NCBI RefSeq assembly: GCF_964204645.1
Contig: NC_134025.1
Coordinates: 1,984,001-2,048,000 of the forward strand
DNA from: Tubulanus polymorphus
Taxonomy: Eukaryota > Animalia > Nemertea
Length of the DNA: 64,000 bases
Direction of reading: 5' to 3'
A model generated the notes under the pieces. The model worked only from the letters and a program-made list of their open reading frames with translations. It was not told where the DNA came from and did no database searches. A program made the position numbers and the translations under genes. Numbering within the stretch: the first letter of the stretch is position 1; the number at the start of each line of letters is the position of its first letter. Below are positions 1-14,500 of the stretch, piece by piece.

Positions 1-3000
1 CGTGTTTCTTGTAAAGCATTGTTCGTCCATTAATTTACCTTATCAAATAAAGCATTTTTACGAGCAGAATTTTTGTCACGTTGTGTATATAAGTTATCAT
101 TTAATCAATGACGGTGGATTTTTAAAAACAGTCTATTGTACCGTTTCCGACATTAGATCTCTTCGTGTGATGTGTCGATGAAAACGTTGTCTTTTGTTCA
201 AGAATGTTCCTTAATGGAAACATCGATACATCTTACAACCACTTACCATCAAATACCGACATTCGTACCATTAAGAAAATTGATATTAACGCTAGTGTGA
301 AATGAGCTTTGTTTTATAGGTAGTTTATCTGATTTCTTAATGGCGTGTTCATCCGACAACACGACATTATCATATCGATGTAAAGTATGTCTTTGTCAGT
401 CGCAGGGATCTCAGGTTTGTGTCATCAACAGGAAAATACGATACAAATCCAAAACGGTCTCAGATAATTGATTCGCGTGATAAATTCAAATAGTTCAACG
501 TCGCTCCAAACAACAGTTACTCTGCTGGATTGGACTATAATGTATTAAGTTTTTTTTGTTGTTTTTCGAATAAAGGACATTTCAAGAGGCTTTTTAAATC
601 TGATGTACCTGCTGAGCCTAGATACAAAAAATCACAGCTAGTGAATATGAGAATATATCAATTGTTTTAAAGAGTAGAATATGATTCAGCTGATTATATA
701 AAACGGGGAGATCTCAAAGCAGTTATATATCAGCTGATTACTCCGTTCGTCCGCGTCAAGTATATTGTATCAGGGACTCTAGGTGGTTGGTTGGATCAGG
801 GGGTCTGGTGGTTGGGGGTCGGTTGGTTGTATCTTACAGCTGCTCTTCTGAAAACATGTTGAATACGAGTCTTTATATATTGTACGCAATAGAACTCATA
901 CGATATCGAGCACCAAACTTGAAACTCACGTTTTTAATGATTGGATTTTCGAACTTCTAATATATCTCACAGATGCGGAATATTTTTGTCAGACTACTAC
1001 AGGCAGGCCGTATAGACGACATACAGATATCGAAATCCTATGAAAAGTGATCTTTTATTATACCGATATGAAATTTCAAACATTATATCGATTGTGTTTA
1101 GAAATACAGTAAGATGTACGGCTCTTGAAGCATATATTTCAAGTGGTCAGACGCAGATGCTATCTCATATAAGGACTTTCACCAATTATATTCATAAGTA
1201 TTTTTATCGATATACGCACCTATACGTTCACATGTAAAATCAAGGAGGCTCTAACTGAGCTATTGTCTCGTGTGTAAAATCAAATAGATGAAATAGTGTA
1301 GCGACAACAAACGTTTTCTCCATTTATCTTTTTCTCTGGATGGTAAATGAATAAAAGTCGACATGTCGTCAAATATTGCTCTGTAACTATTGTAATTGCA
1401 GATCACTGTTCTCCACCCATCAAACCTATCATTAACTTTTCTTTACAGCAGGCAATTCGTATAGAAGTTTCTTATGTTTCAAATTCTATTTAGCTGTAGG
1501 ATATTTGAATTCGTCATTGTTTGAAAGTCGAGCTTCCTTATAGTTGTTGGAGTTATGCCTATGATCGCCTGAAGACAAGAATCTTTTCCGCGTTTACGAA
1601 GTGATTTTTTTCGCAGTAGGACCCACCCTAGTTTCAAAGCATTTTGTGGCAGCATTTTACTTGAATGCGAAGGAGTAAAAAATTTCGAGAGGGAGTTTTG
1701 TTTTTCTAGACGTAATATCCCTCGCGGTTTTTATCATATCTCGGATCAAAAACTACCCTTTGATACTGTTACATGTATGCTGGCTGAGTCCTGTACATGT
1801 TTACAAAGGTGAATTCATGACACTCAATAATACTGATAAAGCGTGGATCTATCTAATCAAAGAATCTATCATTACATTACTTGACAATTTATATTGTTTT
1901 TCTAAGGTTATATTGACTAGAGAATGCCACAGATCGAAGATGAAAACTAATATCCCCAAGGCATCCGTGATCTATGACTTTAATGAAATGTTATAGCACG
2001 ATTTATTCGCTTGAGGAAATATAATATACAGACTGACGATACAAAATATATCAATACAATCCCTGTGTCTATAAAACATAATGACGACTTAAGAAAAGAT
2101 GTTACGATATAATGACATCACCAGTGATGTCATCAAAAAGTTTGAATGATGTTATCACGGCATAAAACATCATAACGCGTCACCGTGGTCTATAGGTCAA
2201 GGTCAAACTATTGTCACGGATGAATGTCACCCGGTATATACCGTTCTAGTGCTGACGTCACGGCTTGTTCTCGATGGCCAATGATATCGAATGCAAGTCA
2301 TCTAGCTCTATCTATCGCAGTAGAATCAGTCAGTGTTTTTTTCGGTTCACAGATAAAATGCACTCTTATTGAGTCGTATTTTGTTCTTATTTCAACCTAA
2401 TGTTTCTAACATGTAAAGGCGCTTCGAGCTGCAAAACTGCCGTTAGAGGAAAAAAGTGTATGAAATAAACACTAACAAAAATTATGCAATAAAAAAGCGA
2501 GAAACTTCTAAAACCACGCCTTTCATTGGGTGGGACGTTAACTGAATTAATATTTTTAGGGAAGAAAACGAATAAGAATCAGAATGAAAAATAAAGTTCA
2601 CAATTGGAAATCAATGGAAGTCGGGGTATCCAAAATATTGTGTTACACACATAAATCGCAACATGAACGACGTGCGAAGGAACAAACGAAAACTGTTGGA
2701 GACGCCCAAAATACTAAACGCATAAACCTTAAAAAAAACCATTTCATCAACCAGAAGAATTAAACAATGCCTTAACTGAACGTGAGTTGAGAACGATCAA
2801 GTAATTTCGTCGACAATATGTTGACAAATTCGTTTTGTCGCTGTAACATGTGCGTCATATCTCAATAGCCTAATTCAGAAAGTTGTATAAAAAGAGTAAA
2901 ACGTTCGATTCGTTTTGTTTTTTTACGCAGATCTGGTACTGACAATATGTGACGGTAGTTACGTATAATAAAACCAACCTGATTTTTGTCAACCTTTGTT

Positions 3001-6000
3001 TTTTCCGCCATTAAATACACAAGCATTCACATATTTACATAAGACAAAATCGATGTATTGAGACACATATGTGACTAACAGATTTGTGAAGTTATTAATT
3101 TACTTCATTTCGCAGCCTCGCGGTAAAGTCAATTGCCTCATGTTTTGCTTGAGAATTTTCAATAGACCTTTTCATTTGAGCATTATTCTTTTGCGCTGTG
3201 TATAGTCAATTACGAAACACATGCCACCAAATTTGACGAATGCAACAAAAACATTTTCGTTTTTGGTCAATAATATCTTACAATGACGCACAGCCAGTCG
3301 CATGTAATATCAAGTGGTTTTTCAAACGCTTTTCAGTAGAAAGTAAATCTAATGATGCAATTACTGATGTCGAATATGAACTCATGTTTAAGTCAACGAT
3401 TGCTAGTAATATTCGATTAGAAGTTGTTCACAACGAAATTGACTTTTCGGAGTTTTTCGATTGATCATAATTGCCGAGGTGTCTTCCTACATAACAGATG
3501 GCAAAAAGACGAATTTACTGCGCTTTTCTCAAAACATCATAAATTACAAACCGCTACTTAATGACGTCAATATGTTCAGTGACATCGTATACGACAAATA
3601 ACCCGCTGCTCTTCGTGATACTGAGGCGACACAATGGCTGATTTTAATTACGTTTAAGCCACTGCAGCTTCCAGAAATGATATATTACGTATTCAACAGA
3701 GTAATGATACCTATCAAAAATGATCCAGTATCAATTACAAAAATTTCTCTTCGTTAATTTCATTTCCTCTTATTAGTTTTGTGCCCCAAACTAGAAGCCA
3801 CTGTGGCGGACTTTCTTTGTATTTGTGCAGATAGTATCGAGTATTACCGCAGCAAAAATAACTCATTATGCACTTACGACTGCGGATGTTGGAAGTCAAA
3901 TCAGTCAAGCGTTATTCACAGTATAAACTACCTGTAATCTGAAGATGGCACCAAATAGTGATTTATCTATGCATCGTTTGCGGTTTGTTATAAACTGATT
4001 CTGCGTCAATTTCAAGATAGATAACTCGAATAATTGAGCTGTGATTAATTGAAGAATTTCCTGGGCCCTGCTGAATGTCTCTTGTGAGGCCAGTCGTAGA
4101 CTTAAGAAGACTAGTTTAAAATCTATGTGGAAAGGCTTTCAATTATCTTTGGTATATTATGTATTTAATGTATTTATATACCTGAATTATCTTCATGTAT
4201 CCGCCATACAGTATAATTTGATTATGTTGTATCATAAAAAATTCTATATTTTTTGATATAATAAACTAAGAATAATAATAATCATAAATAATAATCAAGT
4301 TTAAATGTACAGTTGACACGGATTAAAGTGTTGTATTCGACTAACCAGTTCATAGTTCCTACTTAATCTAACAACTTGAGACCAGTCTTAATACCAAGAC
4401 CACTTATTTTACTTAAGTCGTGGTTTCGCAACTGCGCCCTAAGTTTACACCGATTCCGTGCACACAATTCCAGAACAGGAGAGGGCACCAGTTCATCAAT
4501 ATTCTATATCTTAGACGATGAAAACTGTAATAATTAATTGTCTTCTCTCTAAAAGGATAATCTGCATATTTTTTCATTTCCGGAATGAGGTTAAATGGAT
4601 TTTATGTCTGGCGTCGTAATTCTATTCTGACCGCGCGCGGATTGGTTTAGCCCCGCTGCTGTAACTCGACTCCGTAATTACCCTTTCATCGGCTATACTT
4701 GAGTGACGTTTTTACAGTAACACAAAGGAGCGAAATTTCCGCAAGATCCAACAGAAATATCGTCGATCGAGTGCGCTGAACTCTTGTATCCCGCCGTAAA
4801 ACGAAACGGATGCGCTGATAAAACTATTACAACACAAAACATTGTGACAATTTCCAGCAGGAATTAATCTACATTAAGAATAAGTGTAAACAGTGAATGT
4901 CATAAAATGAGTAGAGTTTCCTTTCGTGTGAGAGAAATGCTTCATTGTCTAAACGAGCTGCCGTTATACACTGAACCTTTCAGTGTAATCAGGGGTGTAA
5001 TCAACGAGGCACCGTCGTCTAGATTAATAAGTATCCGAATAAAACAGGTAAAAACTGGGTTCATTCTGTTTGTCAATATTGTGGACTAGATCGAAATCCT
5101 CGTCCAAATACTGCGTTGAAGATCATCGCGTCTTTTCATTCTGAGTTCTACATCGAAACTGAAGCCTTTATTTCACTTTAAGATTATCTCATTACGGTGT
5201 TTGAACCGTACTATCATTTGCAAACACGATCAGACCATAGACTCTAGTTTACACACCCATGATCAGGCTTAATAGCCATTGATGCAATAATCTTTTGAGT
5301 CCGCGCTGTAACGATGATATAGAAAACCCCACATTCAGAAAGGAAAATAAGTCTATACAAAGTTTTGCTTCAGTTAATGGTTTATTTCCAACGTTTCATA
5401 TCATTACAGTCATCTTCAGAGTGGGATTTTCTATACGATCAGATTTAGTTTGAGATGGTTTTACGCTTGATGCGATTTCAATTTCAATTCCGCTGAGAGT
5501 CAAACACTTATCTCTTACTGTCCGACTGCGCCAGTCCAGAAAGGCCCTGTTGGTTGAGGTCATGGCCCTGCGGGTTAAGACATTAAGTTATTCAGGTAGA
5601 ACAAATTTATATTAATGGATATTAAATCCATACAACATAAACATGTCGAAATGCTGGTAATATCCTAATGACCAAAGGATAGATACTTCACCATTAATAA
5701 TGAGATTAGATTCGATACAGAATACGTTTATAGTTTGAAGGATGAGCACTTTTGCTTGTTATGAAACTTTCATACTGATTAAGTGTCGATCTGCAGTGCA
5801 TGAAATATTAATGATTTCAAATTGTGAAATGAAAATTTAGAATCGTTTGTCTTGACAGCCATAAACTCCCTGGAGACGTAAGATAACGGTGAGTTGAGGC
5901 AGATGCGACTCATCACAAATTACTTATTTATTTCAATCTATTGTATATGAAACGAACGACAAAAGTTCCAGTCGGATGCGCCGAACAACTAATCAGCAAA

Positions 6001-8147
6001 TTCAATATCTTTAATGGATCTAACAGAGTAATTCACAGTTTACTCCGTTACAATAGAAATCCTATTATAATTATAATTATAACTAGTTTAGTATTCCAAT
6101 GAAATCAATGTATTAGTGTTATGGGTTAGGCACTTCGAAATGAATCAATGCCCTCTTCAGGGCTTTAAGGTTCAACTGATAAGTTTTAAAAACTGCTCGA
6201 ACTGAAAATGTTGTAAGCCTGATGATACAAAATAATCTCGATATCTTCAAAACTGTGATGATTTTCTTTCATAATTCGCCTCCTCGTGAAAGCATAAAGC
6301 GTTCTGTCATCAATTTTCGTGTATTGATATCTTACATATAACATGACGTTCTATAAGCGTGTGTCGTATTTCGGTATGGTAACGTTATTACTAATGTAGA
6401 ATAATGAAACATTAGGTGTCATTTTCTAGCCATATAAACTTGCTTCGCTTACGCTACTTATCCCTGGGGATACACAGTCTTGAGATCATTTATTAGGTTA
6501 ACACGGCATTATTGTTCAATTATCCCGTAGCGCTGAAGTGGCTTCGCTAATTCTTCCATATACTGCCGCGACTTAATAGCGCCATCAAACCAACCGATTT
6601 ACATTATTAGCCGATAAAGGCTGGAACAGATCTCCCTGTCTTAAATACAAACTGTTCAGACGTTCTTACTATTTCCGCTAGATTTCATAAACTGTAAAAA
6701 CTATGAAGCGGCGTCAAATTGAGTAATTTGTCAAATTTAATGTAAATATAAACTGCAGAACGATGGCGGAAAAGATGATGTCTTTTCAATGTAACAATGC
6801 ATTATAGCATGGGTTATTAGTTTGATGGAAAATTTAACTTTCGAGACTCAGAAGATATTGTTTCTCTATAAAACGATTCATCCACGCATTGATCGAGGTT
6901 CAGAATATCATCGCAGCAATTATCAAAAATCGTTTTTTATCTAACGCATAAATGTATCGACATGAAGCTACCTAGAAATATTGACAATCTATTCTTCAAA
7001 GCATATATGTATATATGCATATACCTATATCGCGTTAACTTACAATGAGCAGGGGTGAAGTATCAATATTTTTATTCGCAGAAGTAACAGATGACAAGAC
7101 AGCTGTTTTCTGTTCTGATATCTGCCAAAATCAAATCATATTTTGCATACGCGCTTGTACAGAGACAGCGCGTGGTAGTCAACTTCATCACTCGTAGTAA
7201 AGAGATTTCTATAGCAAGGGTAAAAAGATCCTAGTCGTATTTTGTGATGTAAGTTGTGATCGTTGGCGACCCTGCGCCAAATGGAACCGTGTCGGTTGAC
7301 ACGGAACAGATATGGCCCCGACCAAAAATATCAGACCAGGCCCGTACCACATATAGTTCTAACACGATCTGCGTGAATACTGAATTCTGCAATAAATCGA
7401 AACTTATTTCTCTTTCAAGATCGATTATAGAATACAAAATTAAGCAAATACCATAACAAGATATCTTGAGTGATGAATATTACTACCATAACACGCGTTA
7501 TAACAGCATTTGACAATCAACACGGAACTTGACTTCTACTAGAATTTTCAATCAAACATTTCTAATAATAGGCAACTTTAATATAACATGTGTTATGAAG
7601 ATTTGATCTGAAAAGTACTGTCAAACCCTATACACTCTTTCAAAGCCGCCCCTATACAGTCGTTCAACGCCACCTAGAGATGATAATCTGTGGAATCTGT
7701 GGTTAATGAGGAAGTTTTGAATTTGACTTCTTTTTCTGAGGTTTATAACCGCTTCCTGGCTGTACTCCCAATAAAAACCCTGCTGATTCTAAAAATAGGG
7801 CGTGTTGTCATTACTGAAAGAACTGTCACATTATGTACAGAATTACCTATATTCTAATATAATATCCTTGGAATTAATTTCTAAGAATGATTTTATATGA
7901 TAGAATGCGTCGAAGTAGGTGCAACCTGTCACCAATAACATATACGTGAAAGGCTGTAACAAGTGATAATGTAACAAGATCAGTCGACTGCATGAAGTAT
8001 AATGATGTACTGATTTTCAATTAATCTTTCTGACAGATGTCTTAGGGAAGTCAATAATATCATACTGTTCATTAGACAGCCAACCATTTATTATTTCTAA
8101 AGCTCCAAGGGACTTGGGTTTAACAGCTGTTGATGAAAGATATTGCG

Positions 8148-8547
8148 CGAGGAAGGGTCGTTGAGGGTCTTACACCGGGAACATGCAAGGGTCACTGAGG
8201 GTCTTACACCGGGAACATGCGAGGGTCACTGAGGGTCGTACACCGGGAACATGCGAGGGTCACTGAGGGTCGTACACCGGGAACATGCAAGGGTCACTGA
8301 GGGTCTTACACCGGGAACATGCAAGGGTCACTGAGGGTCGTACACCGGAAACATGCAAGGGTCACTGAGGGTCGTACACCGGAAACATGCAAGGGTCACT
8401 GAGGGTCGTACACCGGGAACATGCAAGGGTCACTGAGGGTCTTACACCGGGAACATGCAAGGGTCACTGAGGGTCTTACACCGGGAACATGCGAGGGTCA
8501 CTGAGGGTCTTACACCGGGAACATGCGAGGGTCACTGAGGGTCTTAT
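8148..8547. repeat. 34-bp minisatellite, about 11.5 copies
   Basis: Unit GAGGGTCACTGAGGGTC(T/G)TACACCGG(G/A)AACATGC, read directly, near-identical copies. Confidence 0.95.
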
Positions 8548-11500
8548 GCCGAGTTCCATGAATTTGAATTTTATCTTACCGATTAATTTGTGTAATTTGG
8601 AAGGTTCACAAAATGCAGGGAAGAGTGTTCCCGTATCACTGGGGCAGAAGTCACATTGATTAAAATACTTTATGTATTTAAGAGGGATTTAAGATGTCAT
8701 TGTGGATTCCCACGTGGCGATCACACTTGAATAGAACGATACAAGAGACTCCACCATGTTACCAAGCAATCTATAAATTTGTTAATCATATGTTATGGGA
8801 TTTATGTAACAATTATTTGTAGACCGCGCACACTTATAAATTCAAACCGACTTTTCATGATGGCTAGTTCAGCCGAAGCGACAATACCCGCTTTAAGCAA
8901 ATTTTCTTTGAGTCGGAATAATGTCAGTTAATCATGAATAGCGGCATGTGGTCAAAACTGCGTTTTAATAACACCGCAGAAATGCGACTTCTAAAGCCCA
9001 TGTTGCGTAGACAATGGTCAAACCGAAGTAAACCAAACAAAATGTCCCATCAACCGCACCTGCCCGACGTTAAATCATCTCCAGCCTTTTCGTATTTATG
9101 GCAATTAACTAAAGAGCGGTTCTCGATACCTTTTACAGAATAAACTGTGGGTAAATAACCAGCCTGTTATTGATAAGCAATCATGACGCATAAATGTTAA
9201 GTCAAACAAACCTTCTCAACAGTTGATTGAAATTTGTAGAGTTCAAACTCAACCGCGTCTTATATACACGCGTTTTTTCCTGTCGGTTTTCAATGCTTTA
9301 TGAATGTGAGACGCAGCGCTGTCGAAAGCAACCTTTCACACCTAAAGCTGTTTTTCAAAAGACGGATGATGAAATGGCTTATCTAATCCTACGGGCCTCT
9401 TACAGCCGACTCTATATCGAGGAGGAGAAACTTTACAAGTTCCCCGGGGAAATGTGTACTGTAACTGTCTATTCAGGGCGAAATCATGAAGAATGTGAAG
9501 TAATGCAGCACCTTCACAAAGACCGCGTTACTTAGACCTCGACAAATTAAAGTAGCATAGGGGAGACGATACCATTAGCGTATTGATGACAAGATGACGA
9601 CAACGTTTCATATTGCTTAGTTCTCTAAGACTAACAACAATAGGAGACTTAAGATCTACTTTGCGACAGTAATGACAGGATAGCTTACAGTTGAATGCGG
9701 CAATTACAATAGTTTAACAAAGCCAATCGAATGTCACCCGTCCACTAAGTAAGCATCTTTTGAAAATGAAAGTTTCTTAGGGGTTTCATCAGTCCCAGCG
9801 TGTCATTACACGGGATTAAGATTAAGTACAATACGAGTACTTCAAGGGGGGATTTGGCTTCTTTAAAAACATAATGACTGGGTTTAATACGTCTTTACCG
9901 AAGTTCATTGTTACATAGAAGGATGGATCAGAAAGCTTGGCTCCAGTGCGAGACGCACAAAAGGCCCGGATCACCGGATTAGTCCACAAAGACACAGCGG
10001 AATCGATGATATTTTGTTTCTCGCTGGAAATACGAAATTACCTATCGTTTAACTAAATCTGAAAAAAAATAAAGTGAGGGAATAAAAATTGGTTTCATAC
10101 TGTATGTGGAAACAGCTGTATTTCTGTAGATTTATTGACCGATGTATTAGCCAATATCGTCACAAGTTTCCCAAGCGGGCACGTTTCTGCCCGTGGAGAC
10201 AGATGTCTACCGTATGAAAATTCTCATACGTTTGTGTAACAGATTCTTCAAAATAAACCGCAAAACCCACAACTAATTCAAAAACTTTATGTTTTCATCA
10301 ATGCTGACATAATAAACGGAATCAATGTAGAATTGTACGAATTGACGGCCTTTCCATAAAACGCGTGCCAGTCATTATCAACCGGTCATAAACATAGCAC
10401 ATTTTGTCCTAGCTTCCGAACGATACAAACTTGATTTATCGTTTCGTCTATTGGGTAACAAGTGGATTGTTTATGTCGATAAATTGCCAGTCAGTTGTTC
10501 TAATTTCTCAGATAGAACAATACAATTCAAAAAGTTACACTTTCAAGTCTGACAACAAGCAGCTGACACTGGGGGCTTTTAAACGCAACAAGTGAACGTT
10601 TGCATAAATCTTAATTCGAACAAAAGCTTAGATTTTTATGATCAGTTTTAAGAGGTTTGAATGAAAATTATTCAATAAATTATGAGCTAAAAATGCGTTC
10701 CAAAAATGGCACGTACCCGCTGCGATATTTCAATATAACACAACAATTCCTCTCTCTATAATAAAGATAAATGAAGCCAATATTAAAGATTCTGTTCGAA
10801 TAGATTGTGGCAACAGAAACACGCCCTACAGGGGTATTTTTTAGTTGGTTTAATCTTAGGAAGTGCTAACAATACGTGGAACACACCCAGTTCATCATGG
10901 CTGAGTTAACACTTAATTACGCCATGGTCACAGGTGTCTTAAATCAAAAACCATTCATTAATGATCTAAATAATGAAAAGCTCGACGGTTAGATTGTTTC
11001 TCTCATCGATCGAAGCGAAACTCGTAGCAAATGATTTCATTACTTAAAGACCCCGCGAAGACTACGCCTAGAATTTTATATTAATTCTGTCCACAATAGC
11101 GGCACGGACGAGCAGCAAAAATTACTCAAAAATGGCTGGCGGCGTTTTCCCACTGTTGAAGATCTCCAAAAGCATTGTTCAAATTTCAATTGATGCCGAA
11201 TAATGTTTTATTTCTAATCGTCATTCAACCTAAATCTGTTTTCTGAAATTAGAGTTTATTGCACCTGCAGTATAACCTAATAGTATATAATATATCGGTA
11301 CTTCGTAGATTGAAGAAAATGGATAGAATCGAAAAATATGAAGTTTATTTAAGGAGTATTCTGTAGAAGAACAATAAGAGAGTTAAACACGTGACTCAAT
11401 ACTCGCAAGAAGATTCGCAGGTGCAGAAACAATCACCTTTTTACGAATAAGAAGAAACAATATGAAAAATTTCGCAAATTTTCTAATTGTCTTCATCGCA

Positions 11501-14500
11501 GATTCTCTAAGCAGGTGGCCGCAATCAAAATGGGGTGAGATTTATTCTGTCACATTTCTGTTGATAACATTTTGAGCGTTTGGGTGGGACGAGTTAACTG
11601 CGATCATTTCTGATTTAGATATTGGAGTTTTAATGAACATTTCTTTGATAAGGAAACTTCCACAGTTGAGACCCAAAGATGCACCTGATACCTCGCATAG
11701 CACGCCGATAAAAGAAGTGAATGCTGTTTGAGAGAATAGATTGTTTTCAACCTGTGCCTGCCTCACTGTGTCCCGGTGCTTATCCTACCATAAGAAATCC
11801 AATAACCAACTGTTACCAAACGCGAACAAAACAAAAATCTGATTCACGCAATGACGAAAACCGAACGAAGATAAGTTTATGATATTGTTCAAAGAAAACT
11901 ACAGCAGATGCTGCAAATTTTTCCGCATGGACGATCGTTATCTTCGTAAAAAGCCACAGTTGCCCCGAAGACGATGCCGTACACAATGTTATCTCGCCAT
12001 AGGACCGACTGTATGACATCAAGAGACTCCATTATAGTCAATCATCTGATACAAAAACGAAGGGATTTTTTTTTCTAATGAATTGTCACAATACACGATA
12101 CGAGGAATACAACAAAAACATACGCGAAGTATTCAACGCGAAATGCATTGTTCAAATACAGGATGAGTTCTACAATTTTCGACTATTTTCACCCGTAACA
12201 CAGCTGTAATACTCGACTATATAGAAATAAAAAAATTCCTAAAAAAAATGACGCACATTCATTCAACTTGAAAACGGACGAGGAAACTTTAACCTATGCT
12301 GGCAGATTATCCTGTAATTAATTCATAGAAAATATCCTGCTTTAAAAACCTTGTGTAATTGTGTTCTTCCGGTATTGAATAGAACAAGAAGCATTTAGAA
12401 ATCACCCCTATATAAACCCAGATCTATGCTTATAATTGCGCCCATATATGAGCAGCATATGCAAATATAAAGGAAGTTGGTTAAAATTGATGATACATGT
12501 TAAAAATGAATAGATGGATAGTTTTTGACGTGTAAGTTACAGTATTGTGAATCTTTCACGATATTCTATGAAATTTCTAGATAATCATTCCGGATTATTT
12601 ACTAATTTTCATAAAGTATTGCACTCGTATTTCGATATAACAGGGATGTCTGTGGGTGGGGGTTGAATTGACAATTTCAATTCACCAGATAATCGATCTG
12701 TATAGTATCCTGATAGTTGAGTTCACGAGTAAATGATTATATCGTGATTAAACCAAACCATATATTTCATATTTCATTTGGTTTATGTGCTTATAATAAG
12801 GGTGAACCACGGGCAAGACGATAGGCGCACTGTTTCCGGCTCGAAGGAAAGCACGGTCGCAAATGTTGATAACATTAATGACCAAGGAACAATCATTTAG
12901 GGAAATCAGCCCTGAGATCCATTTCAATCCGCAATAAAATTGCCACCATAAGGTGTGCATTCATAACAATCAGGCTATTTATCGGGCAATAAGACAAAGG
13001 CGTTTCGCTGTTAGACTGATGAAGCCATTAGCGGAAGCCCGCGGCTAGTCATCGCTAACATCAACATTGGCTGGTCAGGTCCTTCCGTTCATGTCTGCCA
13101 CGCGACTCGAATCACTAGCCCTCATCCCTCTTCTGTTTCAAATTCATAACAGCTGTACTATCTTTTGTCATCGGTTGTAAAGCATGACTTCACATTTATT
13201 CTAGGGTTGGTTGTAAGGTCCGCGGTATGCTAAATGCCATATGCTGGAGCCATTCAAATAGCGCAGTGGGTTGAATCAGCCGTTCACCTGACCACAGACC
13301 ATCGGAGATGCAAAACACAATTGTTTTTGAGAGCCATTTGTAATCACTATTCTGTCAGAAGTAAATTTCAATCGACAACTGATGATTCTACACGTGATAG
13401 TTCGGAAACATATACTTGCAAATCGTAATCAAATGCGGCATTAAACATTGAACACACGATTGCGAATTCTCTGCAGAAAATAAACGATTAGTAAACGAAC
13501 TGATAAACAAAAACAACTTAGAAAGATTTGTGAAGATCCGTTATATACATCTAAACCACAGTATCTGGAGATGATTGTGGTATCAGTTAACGTTAATCAT
13601 AGATTGTTTTAGGCTACATGAAATGTTGTTTTCGATATTAAGGACTATGTTTTTATTACGTAGTCAGTTCTATTCTTCTGTGATGTCTCCCTATTGAATA
13701 ATACAATATATATCGTGTAGAGAAACCGAGTAGCATAAATGACACGGGTGATCTAATCCCGCAACACATTTTACTTTCCAGAACCCCGCAATATCGATTA
13801 CAGTAGCGCCCAATACACAGCTACTGGTGCATTTCCTTTGGTCATTGTCTGATGGCACACGCCTTGCGATGTCCCGGCGGTCTGGTCTCATGGCGTAACC
13901 ATTCACTTGTTCTTACAGTCAATACAGCGCCATATGTTATGCAGCTAATGACCGCTTTTGCGCAAGTACCGTGACCAAACAAACCTGTTGTCATTATTCT
14001 ATTCATTCACAACGAAGATAATTCTGAAGTAGAAATATCATCCATAATAGATGATGACTTTCAGCGTGAAATTATATTTGATGAAGTAGCGAAGAAGACA
14101 AATGAACGCAATTCTGCGCGCACTGGTGAAAAAGACACTGACAACAAATGATGCATTTCCCGAATCGGCAGCAATCGTTACATGAGGTCTATAGTTTTCT
14201 GCGATAGGGAAAGGGAGATCGTAGTTTGAACTATAGTCATGGGTGAAACATGTTTCATATTCCTGCATAACGTAGATAGATTCATCATCAAATGTCTTTC
14301 TTCTTCACATAATCTAAGATTTAATTATAAAACTTTAAAACATATTAAGTTGCTATCTGAATACTTCTAATCATTAATAATAATTATCAATGATTAATCA
14401 TTCATTCTACGGTTACTAGCCACCATTTTGTTAGAGTATTTTGTCCTGTATTGTTGGGTCGTTTCGAAGAATATTTCTAAAACTATTTGTGACGCTTGTT

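Noticed and set aside
8148-8547. CRISPR-like repeat array
   Set aside because: Units are contiguous with no unique spacers, the context is eukaryotic, and there are no cas genes.
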